From a virus (taxonomy: Duplodnaviria > Caudoviricetes), in IMG/VR virus record IMGVR_UViG_3300037137_000910, positions 1-42,418 of that record: 42,418 nt of DNA; one strand, given 5' to 3'. Each line of letters opens with the position of its first letter. Within the stretch, counting starts at the first letter, position 1. The notes under the pieces were generated by a model. That model searched no databases. It saw only the letters and a list, made by a program, of their open reading frames with translations, and was not told the origin of the DNA. Of this stretch, positions 24,859 through 32,408 are shown in pieces. The position numbers and the translations under genes are program-made.

Positions 24859-25763
24859 GGCTGGTTAAGGCTCCGCAGTAGCCGGACGCTCATGGTTGCG
24901 GCGGCATCTATCTTGTAATCGTACTGCCCGGCGGCGCATTGGATGGTAAGTTGCATCGGCGTATTCGCTGGGGTAACGTCATTGTACGTGTCCCCGGTAC
25001 GTCGGAAGTGCGGTTGGCCGGTTGTGGATTCCAGATACAGGATAAGCTCTACAGCGTTGGCGCCGACTGTGCCGGAGAGGTCTTTCGTATGCCATGCGCC
25101 GTCGGCCGTGAAGGTACTATCGGCGGTTGAGAAATCATAACGGGCAAGGGTCATAGGCGCGGCTGGGGTAGAGGTCAGTTTGAGGCCGTCCCCATCTACA
25201 GATATTCCTCCGCCAGACTTGAGTTTGACGGCAAGCCCGCCCGTTGCGCCGGTGTCTACCTCTAGGCCGCTATCGGCTTTGACGGGTACGGCCAACCCGT
25301 TTGCGTTTGTGCGGATAGCCCCGCCGTGAGCGTACTTAACGCGCAACCCGCTTGCCCCGCCGGCCGCATTGGTAATCTCAAGGCTGGGGTAATCTTGTGC
25401 TTGGTCGTCATAGTTTTTGCCGACCCGTACCCTAAATCCCCTTCTATCCCCCGCTGTTTTCTTGACGGCCTCGATTGAGGGGTAGAGCGTTGCGGTATCG
25501 TCAACGGTATCGCCGGGGGTGCCGACAAGTTGCAGGCCGGGGAGGGTATCGGACCTGAGCGCGGTTGCGGCCGTGCCCGCGGTGCCGGACTCGGAGGAAA
25601 TGACAGGTGCGGTGCCGGACATAACGGAATCGTCGGGGGGTTTGCTTGGGGCGTCGCCGGCCCCGAGGTGTATGACGCCGCCGCCCTTGGTGACTTCTTC
25701 GCGCGCCTCTTTTTCAAGGCGTCGGTTCATTTCCAGAATGTCACGTGCAGTTGGCCCGGCCAT
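24855..25763 (-). CDS. Tail fibre / receptor-binding protein
   Basis: Last late gene; GLxV..GLxVD shaft repeats and beta-rich C-terminal head. Confidence 0.6.
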   Translation of the reverse strand: MAGPTARDILEMNRRLEKEAREEVTKGGGVIHLGAGDAPSKPPDDSVMSGTAPVISSESGTAGTAATALRSDTLPGLQLVGTPGDTVDDTATLYPSIEAVKKTAGDRRGFRVRVGKNYDDQAQDYPSLEITNAAGGASGLRVKYAHGGAIRTNANGLAVPVKADSGLEVDTGATGGLAVKLKSGGGISVDGDGLKLTSTPAAPMTLARYDFSTADSTFTADGAWHTKDLSGTVGANAVELILYLESTTGQPHFRRTGDTYNDVTPANTPMQLTIQCAAGQYDYKIDAAATMSVRLLRSLNQP

Positions 25764-25764
25764 A

Positions 25765-27927
25765 TTATCTCCCGTCGAGCGTGTATTGGGTGGTGTCCGC
25801 CTCGCGGTCCAGCCGGAAGCTGCGGATGCAGGCGTTAAGTTGCATCGCCTGGCGGTTAGGGGCCTCGCCGGATACGGAAAGCTCGCCGACCAAGTGCCCT
25901 ATCGGCCAGGGGTCTATCCGAAGGCCGGTTAAGACCAGCACCCCGGAAATGTTCGGAGAGTTCTTTATCTCCATCCGGTAGGCCATTTCGGCAGCCAGGG
26001 CCGCGGACTCGTTGACAACCATATCGGGAACGGCGGGAGTGCCGAACGTGTCATAGGCGGTAGGCTTGCCGGCCGTCGGATCACCATCGCCGTTGACGGG
26101 CAGAACGCAATGGATACGCTCCGCGTTGCGGTATTCGTTCCCGCCGTCAAAGAAGAATTCCCGCGCGCGGGCGCTGGATACGGTCTTGTCCACTACCGCG
26201 TCAATCGGCTCCGCGGTTTCAAGTCCCATGGTAACCATGATGTGATAGGCTACGGGCGTGGTGGTGTCCCCGTTCCACGTCCAGGGGGTTGCGCCGGTTC
26301 GGGCCTCTTCAGAAAGTAGAATGCCGGTACAGTCGGGCAGAACCGTTACCCCGACGTGGACGGGGCGCGGTTCCCAAGACGCGCCGCCGTTGGTTGACCG
26401 GAACACCAATGGGTCAAGGGGCGCGAGCCGGGGGACGCTATCATAGGCCCCGCGCTGTGACCATCCTTGGGTTATGAGGCGGCGCAAGCCTGGGTTGTTG
26501 CCGGCGGCAATCATCTTCTTGGCGTTGCCGTTGAATACGTATGTGCCCCAATTGTAGCCGACGGGGACGCGATAGCGGCGGTAGACGTTGCGGTACTTGT
26601 CGTCCTTGAGTGCGTCGGCGTTCTTAGCGGCGACAGCGGCCACATAGGCGGTCACGTCGCTATCGGAGGCGTCCATGACCAGAGACGCGGGGGCATCTTC
26701 GGCAAACTGCTCCGGCAACGTGGTCAGCGTCGTTTCGACGATTCGGCGGCGGCTTACGGCATAGCCGCGGTTGAACCACTCAGTCTGATCGCGGGTGATT
26801 TTCCCGTCTAGCACATCCGGCGCGGCGTCACTGACGGTCTGCCCGTAGTCTCCCCACGTATAGTCTAGCAAGTCGGGAGTTCCGGCAACCGCGCCTAGAC
26901 CTTCATGGACGTTGAAGCAGACGATATCCGATTTGTTCCCGTCAGCGTTGGGAACTAGCGTCCAGTCATACGGCCCGGCCTTTTGCAAGAGCATGGAGAT
27001 AATCCGGGCGGTGTCAATGCCGGTGACCGCGAAATCGGACAGGAACACCCGGACGCCCAGCGAATCCACGAAAAGCCAGTATAGGTTGTCGGGGTCGGTT
27101 TCGCCGGGAGGCGTCTCGCTGGCCGCGGGCATATTGATAAAGCCGGCCATGGACAGGTGCGCGATTTCAATTGGCGGGCCGGCGAAAAAGTAGAATGCCC
27201 GGATATGATTCCAGACGTGGCCGCCCAGCCAGTAATCGGCCCACTCTTCCATCGCGGGGTCAGCCGGGCCGCTCTCCGCCGTCTGGTCAAGCCGGTTAAG
27301 CATCGGTTCAACCCATGCGCCCATGTCTTCGCTGTCTTCGCCCAGCGTAGTGCCGATCTGCCCGCGGTCCGGCTTGCCGCCCTCATTGAACGTGGTGCGG
27401 AAGCTCTTGACGAATATGGGTGTCGGCACTTCCGGAGCATAGAAGTCATAGATGTATCGGCCGTAGACCGGGGCCTTGCGCATGAAGTGGCGGTAGTCTT
27501 CGCAATGCCAGGTGGTGACCGCCGCCCCGAGGTCATAGGTCGGCTTGACTACCACGCCGATGAAGATAGGCCCGAAGGTAGACGGCGCGGCTACAGTGTT
27601 AGCCTCTACCTTGACCAGCGAGTCAACGGTAATGTGCGCGCCGGAAAAGAGCGTCCCGGTTTCGCCGTTGCCGGTTAGCCCTTCGTCGAAGTCGGCCGGC
27701 GAACCCTGCGACTTGAATCCATCCGCTTCGGTCGGCGCTTTGTTTTCAATCAGGATGCAGACGTTGGGTTGCGGGCCGCTGTAGCCCTGCAACGTCTCGA
27801 ATTTCAGTTCGGGGGCAAGCGTCCACGTGCCGGGGGCCGCGGGGTCTTTTGTCGCCGCGTAGTAGACCTTGAACTGCTGGACGGGGCGTTTGACGCCGCG
27901 AGGGTCGGGAGGCGGGGGTTCGGGCAT
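25765..27927 (-). CDS. Tail tip / baseplate hub-like protein
   Basis: 720 aa after the Dit-like gene; PIFIGVVV...CEDYRHFM segment typical of hub proteins. Confidence 0.6.
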   Translation of the reverse strand: MPEPPPPDPRGVKRPVQQFKVYYAATKDPAAPGTWTLAPELKFETLQGYSGPQPNVCILIENKAPTEADGFKSQGSPADFDEGLTGNGETGTLFSGAHITVDSLVKVEANTVAAPSTFGPIFIGVVVKPTYDLGAAVTTWHCEDYRHFMRKAPVYGRYIYDFYAPEVPTPIFVKSFRTTFNEGGKPDRGQIGTTLGEDSEDMGAWVEPMLNRLDQTAESGPADPAMEEWADYWLGGHVWNHIRAFYFFAGPPIEIAHLSMAGFINMPAASETPPGETDPDNLYWLFVDSLGVRVFLSDFAVTGIDTARIISMLLQKAGPYDWTLVPNADGNKSDIVCFNVHEGLGAVAGTPDLLDYTWGDYGQTVSDAAPDVLDGKITRDQTEWFNRGYAVSRRRIVETTLTTLPEQFAEDAPASLVMDASDSDVTAYVAAVAAKNADALKDDKYRNVYRRYRVPVGYNWGTYVFNGNAKKMIAAGNNPGLRRLITQGWSQRGAYDSVPRLAPLDPLVFRSTNGGASWEPRPVHVGVTVLPDCTGILLSEEARTGATPWTWNGDTTTPVAYHIMVTMGLETAEPIDAVVDKTVSSARAREFFFDGGNEYRNAERIHCVLPVNGDGDPTAGKPTAYDTFGTPAVPDMVVNESAALAAEMAYRMEIKNSPNISGVLVLTGLRIDPWPIGHLVGELSVSGEAPNRQAMQLNACIRSFRLDREADTTQYTLDGR

Positions 27928-27935
27928 GTGCGCTC

Positions 27936-28337
27936 CTAGAGTTGCCGGAACGTGATAGCGAAGTTCTCATAGCAGTATTGCCCGGTTTGGAAGCCACCCG
28001 GCTTGAACTCCAGGAGTTCCACGCCGTCTATATCCACGCCCCACCGGCCGAGGGTGTAAGCTGCGCCGTCCTGTGCCGCGTAGATCGCCTCTTCCGCCGC
28101 GGCGCAACCCTGCGCGTCGGCGGCGACGATCAGGCCGCCCATGGTGAACTCGCGCGGGCGCGCCCCACCATCAACCGACTCTATCCCGTCAATCCCCATG
28201 AATTCGTGGTCAACCATCGCGCGGCGGGTTGCACCAGCCGGACAGGATATCCACATAAGTTCATAGTCACCGGGGGTTGCACTGGGCGGCGTGAACTCTC
28301 CGTTGAAGGTGAGCCCGTTGAAAGTAATGTCCGCCAT
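27936..28337 (-). CDS. Distal tail (Dit / tube-initiator-like) protein
   Basis: HEFMGIDG...GGARPREFTMGG; ends ITFRQL. Confidence 0.55.
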   Translation of the reverse strand: MADITFNGLTFNGEFTPPSATPGDYELMWISCPAGATRRAMVDHEFMGIDGIESVDGGARPREFTMGGLIVAADAQGCAAAEEAIYAAQDGAAYTLGRWGVDIDGVELLEFKPGGFQTGQYCYENFAITFRQL

Positions 28338-28781
28338 TTACAACCATCCTCTCGCGCGGAAGAGCGCAAGCCCCAGCTCTTCGGCCTTGCGGGCGCAATC
28401 CTCTTCGGTCGGCGTGGGCAGCGGGGGCCGCGGGGGCATGTAGCCCGTGCCCCACTGGTGAAAGCCGGCATAGTTGTTCTGCCCGGTGTAGATGATGAAT
28501 GAAACGTAGCCCGGCCCGCGGCCTATCGTCGGGTTCATGGCGTCGGCCTGTAGTTTGCCGGTTCGGCGCTGGTCTTGGAATGGGTTGTACCCGCGGGAGA
28601 GTTTGTCCCGCACGGTAGACGGTTTCAGCGCCGCCCACGGATTCGGGTATCCCATGATGGAGAACGTTAGGGACACAAGGCCGCCCTCTTCGCACATCCA
28701 GGCAATAAGCCGGTCCTGTATCAGCTGGTCTATCTCGGCCGCCGGCGGACTCGGGGCGTTGACTTCGGTGTGATAACCCAT
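28338..28781 (-). CDS. Virion morphogenesis / tail completion protein (Mu gpG, P2 gpS-like)
   Basis: WAALKPST, TGKL, YAGFHQWGT..MPPRP. Confidence 0.8.
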   Translation of the reverse strand: MGYHTEVNAPSPPAAEIDQLIQDRLIAWMCEEGGLVSLTFSIMGYPNPWAALKPSTVRDKLSRGYNPFQDQRRTGKLQADAMNPTIGRGPGYVSFIIYTGQNNYAGFHQWGTGYMPPRPPLPTPTEEDCARKAEELGLALFRARGWL

Positions 28782-29656
28782 TAGCGCCCCGTAGACCCGC
28801 CGAAACTGCGGTCATCAGTGATAATGATTTCTTGCGGCGTTGCACTGGCGCGGCGCGCCCGGCTCTTCTGGTATTCGGCCCACTGGTTCTGACTGACACC
28901 GCGGGTTCCCAGCATCCATGATTCCCCGAAGGCGCTAACGCCCTCTTTCTTTTGTGCGTCCGAGAGCGCAAACCCGGCGGCTTCTAGGTCGAGCGCGCGC
29001 CCGAGGTTTTCGGATACCCTTTTTGCAGCCCGTTTCTGCGTCGCGCCCTGCGGGGCGGTTGACGGGGCAAACCCGCCCCAAGACTGGTCCGTTTCGGCGT
29101 TGAGGGCCGCGAGTGCCGACTGCTCCGGGGCGTTCCCGGCGGCGGCCCCCGCTTTTAGCGCGGCTACGCGCCGCCGACCAGACGCCATAGCAGACCCAAG
29201 ATCACCCTTCTCCATGGCTTCTGCGGCGGCAGACGGAGTAAGCCCGGCCGCGCGGGCCTGACCCTCCACGAGAGCAAGGCGATTCCGGCCGTTGGGTCCA
29301 AGGTCAGCTATCTTGCCGCCGAGAGTGGCCGCGCCGCGATTGATTTGGTCTAGCGCGGCGTACCACGCCTTAAGTTCGTTTTTGACCAGCATGGCCGCGC
29401 CGAGAATGCCGCCGCCGATGCCGAAGAGGGCCAACAGGCCGCGTCCGGATCGTTCAACGTGCCGGAGCTCGGTATCCCACTGGCGGAAGGTCTTGGAGCC
29501 CTCGGCCGCTCCGCCACCGCCCCCGCCCCCAGCGCCACCGCCCCCCGCGCCACCGCCGCCAGATATCCGGCGCATGGTCTTCTCAAACTCTTCCGCCTTG
29601 GAGTTGGCGGCTATGAGTTCGCTGTAGTCGAATTTCAGGGCAGCGTCAAGGCCCAT
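28781..29656 (-). CDS. Short tape measure protein
   Basis: Ala/Gly-rich helical protein with a hydrophobic stretch, after tube and chaperone genes. Confidence 0.6.
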   Translation of the reverse strand: MGLDAALKFDYSELIAANSKAEEFEKTMRRISGGGGAGGGGAGGGGGGGAAEGSKTFRQWDTELRHVERSGRGLLALFGIGGGILGAAMLVKNELKAWYAALDQINRGAATLGGKIADLGPNGRNRLALVEGQARAAGLTPSAAAEAMEKGDLGSAMASGRRRVAALKAGAAAGNAPEQSALAALNAETDQSWGGFAPSTAPQGATQKRAAKRVSENLGRALDLEAAGFALSDAQKKEGVSAFGESWMLGTRGVSQNQWAEYQKSRARRASATPQEIIITDDRSFGGSTGR

Positions 29657-29659
29657 GGG

Positions 29660-29854
29660 TTAGCTCGCTTTCACGCCGCGGGCCTTGCAGAACGCCGCAA
29701 GGCCGGGGAGCTTGGTGGTCTTGGTTAGAATCCAGAATGCGTCCCGTGCCGCCGTTTCGTCAAGGTCCGCAAGGTTCAAGCCTTGCGCGCGCAGGCAGGC
29801 GCGGAGATAGCGCATTTCCGCGGCGCTCAGGCTTCGGTATTCGGGGGCTTCCAC
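29660..29854 (-). CDS. Tail assembly chaperone, second ORF (-1 frame)
   Basis: Overlaps the upstream ORF in the -1 frame, directly before the tape measure. Confidence 0.45.
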   Translation of the reverse strand: MEAPEYRSLSAAEMRYLRACLRAQGLNLADLDETAARDAFWILTKTTKLPGLAAFCKARGVKAS

Positions 29855-30114
29855 AAGAGCATCCTAATCCGGCAGCACGTCTCAAAGTCGAGCCCGTGCT
29901 TCGCCGTCTCCTGGTCAAGACCCGGAGAGAAGAGCGCCAGGGCCTCAAGCGCCAGCTTGAAAAGCACGTTTTGGATCTCGCCCTGTTTCATCTTCTCGTA
30001 GTCTATGGAGTCAATCAGGCCGCGGAGCCCGTCGCCGCGTTCATCGCAAGGGCAGGAACCTATCTCCGCCTCGCGGCCGTTGGTTAGGAGCAACTTGGTT
30101 CTACTTGACGGCAT
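29827..30114 (-). CDS. Tail assembly chaperone
   Basis: Position between tube genes and tape measure. Confidence 0.5.
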   Translation of the reverse strand: MPSSRTKLLLTNGREAEIGSCPCDERGDGLRGLIDSIDYEKMKQGEIQNVLFKLALEALALFSPGLDQETAKHGLDFETCCRIRMLLWKPPNTEA

Positions 30115-30368
30115 AGGCGGTCACCCCCTGGTCAAGCACATCCCCGGCCTTGCAGTCGGCCAACTTCGGCACGTTGCCGCCCTTGATGTCGGCCAGCCGG
30201 TAGACGAAATTGCACTTGCGGCCCCGGCAATAGGCGACGGCGTACTTACCCCGGACGGCCAGATCGCCCAGCTTGGTCACCGTTTCCCCCGTCTGGTTTG
30301 CCAGCCAAAGGCCGATGTTCGTCATACCGGGGAACATCTTTTCATCAAAGGTCAGCGCGGCGTACATG
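30101..30368 (-). CDS. Hypothetical protein
   Basis: Probable start MYAALTF after GGAGG. Confidence 0.5.
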
Positions 30369-30377
30369 GCGGCCCTC

Positions 30378-30803
30378 CTATGCAACCAAGTCGGTAACGG
30401 CCAGCGGGTCAGCGTCACTAACTGACTGGCACTCAAAGTTCAAGACGGTATTCGCGTCCAGCTCGGCGTGTTTGACGTTGGCCGAGTCCCCCATGAACCG
30501 GCAGTTGCTAAAGACATACGCCTTGCCGGTTCCCCCCGGTACAGCCGAGTTGACATGGACGGTCAACGTCCGGGTAGTCGCCCCCTGCGCGAAATAGGCC
30601 ATCCATTCGGCCGAGCGCGTGTAGATCGCGGCCCCGGTAGTCAGGTTTGCCACGTCTACCAACTGCTCTTCGGTAGCATCGTCGGCGGTGCTGGTGATTT
30701 CGTCGCCGCCCTCGGTCGGCGCGAAGCCGGCCACTTCGTCTATCGTGTCCGCCCCGAAGGTGACCAGGGAGATATCCTTGAAAAGAACGGCCTCGACAGT
30801 CAT
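30378..30803 (-). CDS. Tail tube protein, paralog A
   Basis: 141 aa, beta-rich, aligns with 30813-31265; AGGAG RBS. Confidence 0.6.
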   Translation of the reverse strand: MTVEAVLFKDISLVTFGADTIDEVAGFAPTEGGDEITSTADDATEEQLVDVANLTTGAAIYTRSAEWMAYFAQGATTRTLTVHVNSAVPGGTGKAYVFSNCRFMGDSANVKHAELDANTVLNFECQSVSDADPLAVTDLVA

Positions 30804-30812
30804 AGCAATCTC

Positions 30813-31265
30813 CTAGCTCTGCGCCAGCGGGCAGGTATCGCCGGCCGGGCAGAAGCCCCGGAACCGGATGGAAGCCGCCGCGTCCACATCCGCGTGTTTC
30901 GGGTGCGCCCCGCCTCCCATGCACCGCGCATAGGTGTTAGCGCCGTCGCCCAGCGTGAAGGTGATATTGCCCCCGCCGGACGCGCTCTTGACCTCCACGG
31001 CCAGCGAGCCGTATGTCCCGCGGGCCGGGGCCTTCGCGCCTGCCCCGGTGGCGCCGACAGCTTGCGGGAAGTTCTTGAGATAGACCGTCGCCCCGCTGGT
31101 ATGGTCGGTGCTGTCTACGATTTCGGGTCGCTGGTTATCATCGGCGCTGGCCGCCAGTCGCTTCCCGCCGCGCTGGATATCCACGGCCACCACGCCGTCA
31201 AAGGCAAACTCGTTTTCATCCGAGTCCGTGAACACGCAAGAAACGATATCGCGGTAGAGGGCCAT
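30813..31265 (-). CDS. Tail tube protein, paralog B
   Basis: Shares GG....ADD....VD....T.GA.(I/V)Y and R.MG..A..KHA..DA...F...PLA with paralog A. Confidence 0.55.
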   Translation of the reverse strand: MALYRDIVSCVFTDSDENEFAFDGVVAVDIQRGGKRLAASADDNQRPEIVDSTDHTSGATVYLKNFPQAVGATGAGAKAPARGTYGSLAVEVKSASGGGNITFTLGDGANTYARCMGGGAHPKHADVDAAASIRFRGFCPAGDTCPLAQS

Positions 31266-31268
31266 GGG

Positions 31269-32408
31269 TTACTCCTTGTCCTTTTGCTTCTCTAGGAAGC
31301 GCTGGCGTTCCTTGCGCTGGTCAGCGACAGCCGCGGCCAGGAGCAGGGGCGGAATCGGCAGTAGGTAGCCGGTATCGTTCACGTGGAAGCCGGTAGTAAA
31401 GATGTAGGAGCCCGGCCGGGTGTGGTCAAGGGCCTTGCGGACGCCCTCCCATTCCTCTTGACTGCGGATAAGGGCGTAGTGGGTTGCGCCGAAGCCGTCA
31501 GGCGCCAGGCCCGCGCGGGCGGTGATAGGCTGGTAGTACAGCCAGTTCACGTCCTCTTCCGGCCAGCCCGAATCAAAGGCGCGCCCCATGCCGGCGATGG
31601 TTGACCGGAACGTACTGCGCTGGTGAGTCAGGAATGCCGGCTCCAGGCCGCCGGCCGCGGGGGCAAACAGTTCTGCCGCCTCTTCTGCCGCCTCCACCGC
31701 CATAGGCCCGGCGGTGGCGTCTACGATGGTCATGGATTCCTGGTGGGTTTTCTGCTCTACGGCCCGAATCACGTTGTCAATGAAGCTGGCGGTTGCGGCG
31801 AAGTCGCCGCGCCCCATGGCTTCGTCGAGCCCGTCCAAGAGGTCATCTAGCTCGCCGTCCACGTCTCTGTACTGGCCGGGGTCCATAAGAATGTCGAGTG
31901 CGGTAGCCTTGACGCCCTTTGCCAGCGCGGCCTCGCGGGTGACGGACTTGCGGAGCCCCTTGACGGCCTTGCGGGTCACGTCGGCGGCCTCTTCTTGGGC
32001 CTCGCCGATGATGGACGCCGGGCCACCGCGGTCAAGCCGATAGCGGCGGTTGAACACCTCCACTACCGCTTCCGGGTCTTCTGCGGCCTGGCTGTTGACT
32101 ACGCCCAGCTTGCCGAAAACGCGGTCCTTGAACTCCCAAAGGCGCTGGTCAGTCCGGTTGCGCGCGCCTAGCACGGCCTCATCCCAAGGGTCTATCGTAT
32201 CCGGCAGTGACGCCAGCGCCGCGGCGATGCCCCGCCGGGTTTTGCGCGCCTCGCGTTCAACCGCCGCAGAGAATTTCACCCATTGCCCCTGAATACGGGC
32301 CTCAAACTCATTGACCCCCAGCGCCAGAGCGCCGAAGTAAGCCGCCCAGGCTTCCGCGCGGCCATCCTCAATCTCCTCGCGCAGATCATCATCCGCCTCC
32401 CCGGGCAT
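31269..32408 (-). CDS. Minor capsid / head morphogenesis (MuF-like, degenerate) protein
   Basis: Long helical N-terminus; C-terminal GFHVNDTGYLLP recalls the HPNCRC motif. Confidence 0.4.
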   Translation of the reverse strand: MPGEADDDLREEIEDGRAEAWAAYFGALALGVNEFEARIQGQWVKFSAAVEREARKTRRGIAAALASLPDTIDPWDEAVLGARNRTDQRLWEFKDRVFGKLGVVNSQAAEDPEAVVEVFNRRYRLDRGGPASIIGEAQEEAADVTRKAVKGLRKSVTREAALAKGVKATALDILMDPGQYRDVDGELDDLLDGLDEAMGRGDFAATASFIDNVIRAVEQKTHQESMTIVDATAGPMAVEAAEEAAELFAPAAGGLEPAFLTHQRSTFRSTIAGMGRAFDSGWPEEDVNWLYYQPITARAGLAPDGFGATHYALIRSQEEWEGVRKALDHTRPGSYIFTTGFHVNDTGYLLPIPPLLLAAAVADQRKERQRFLEKQKDKE

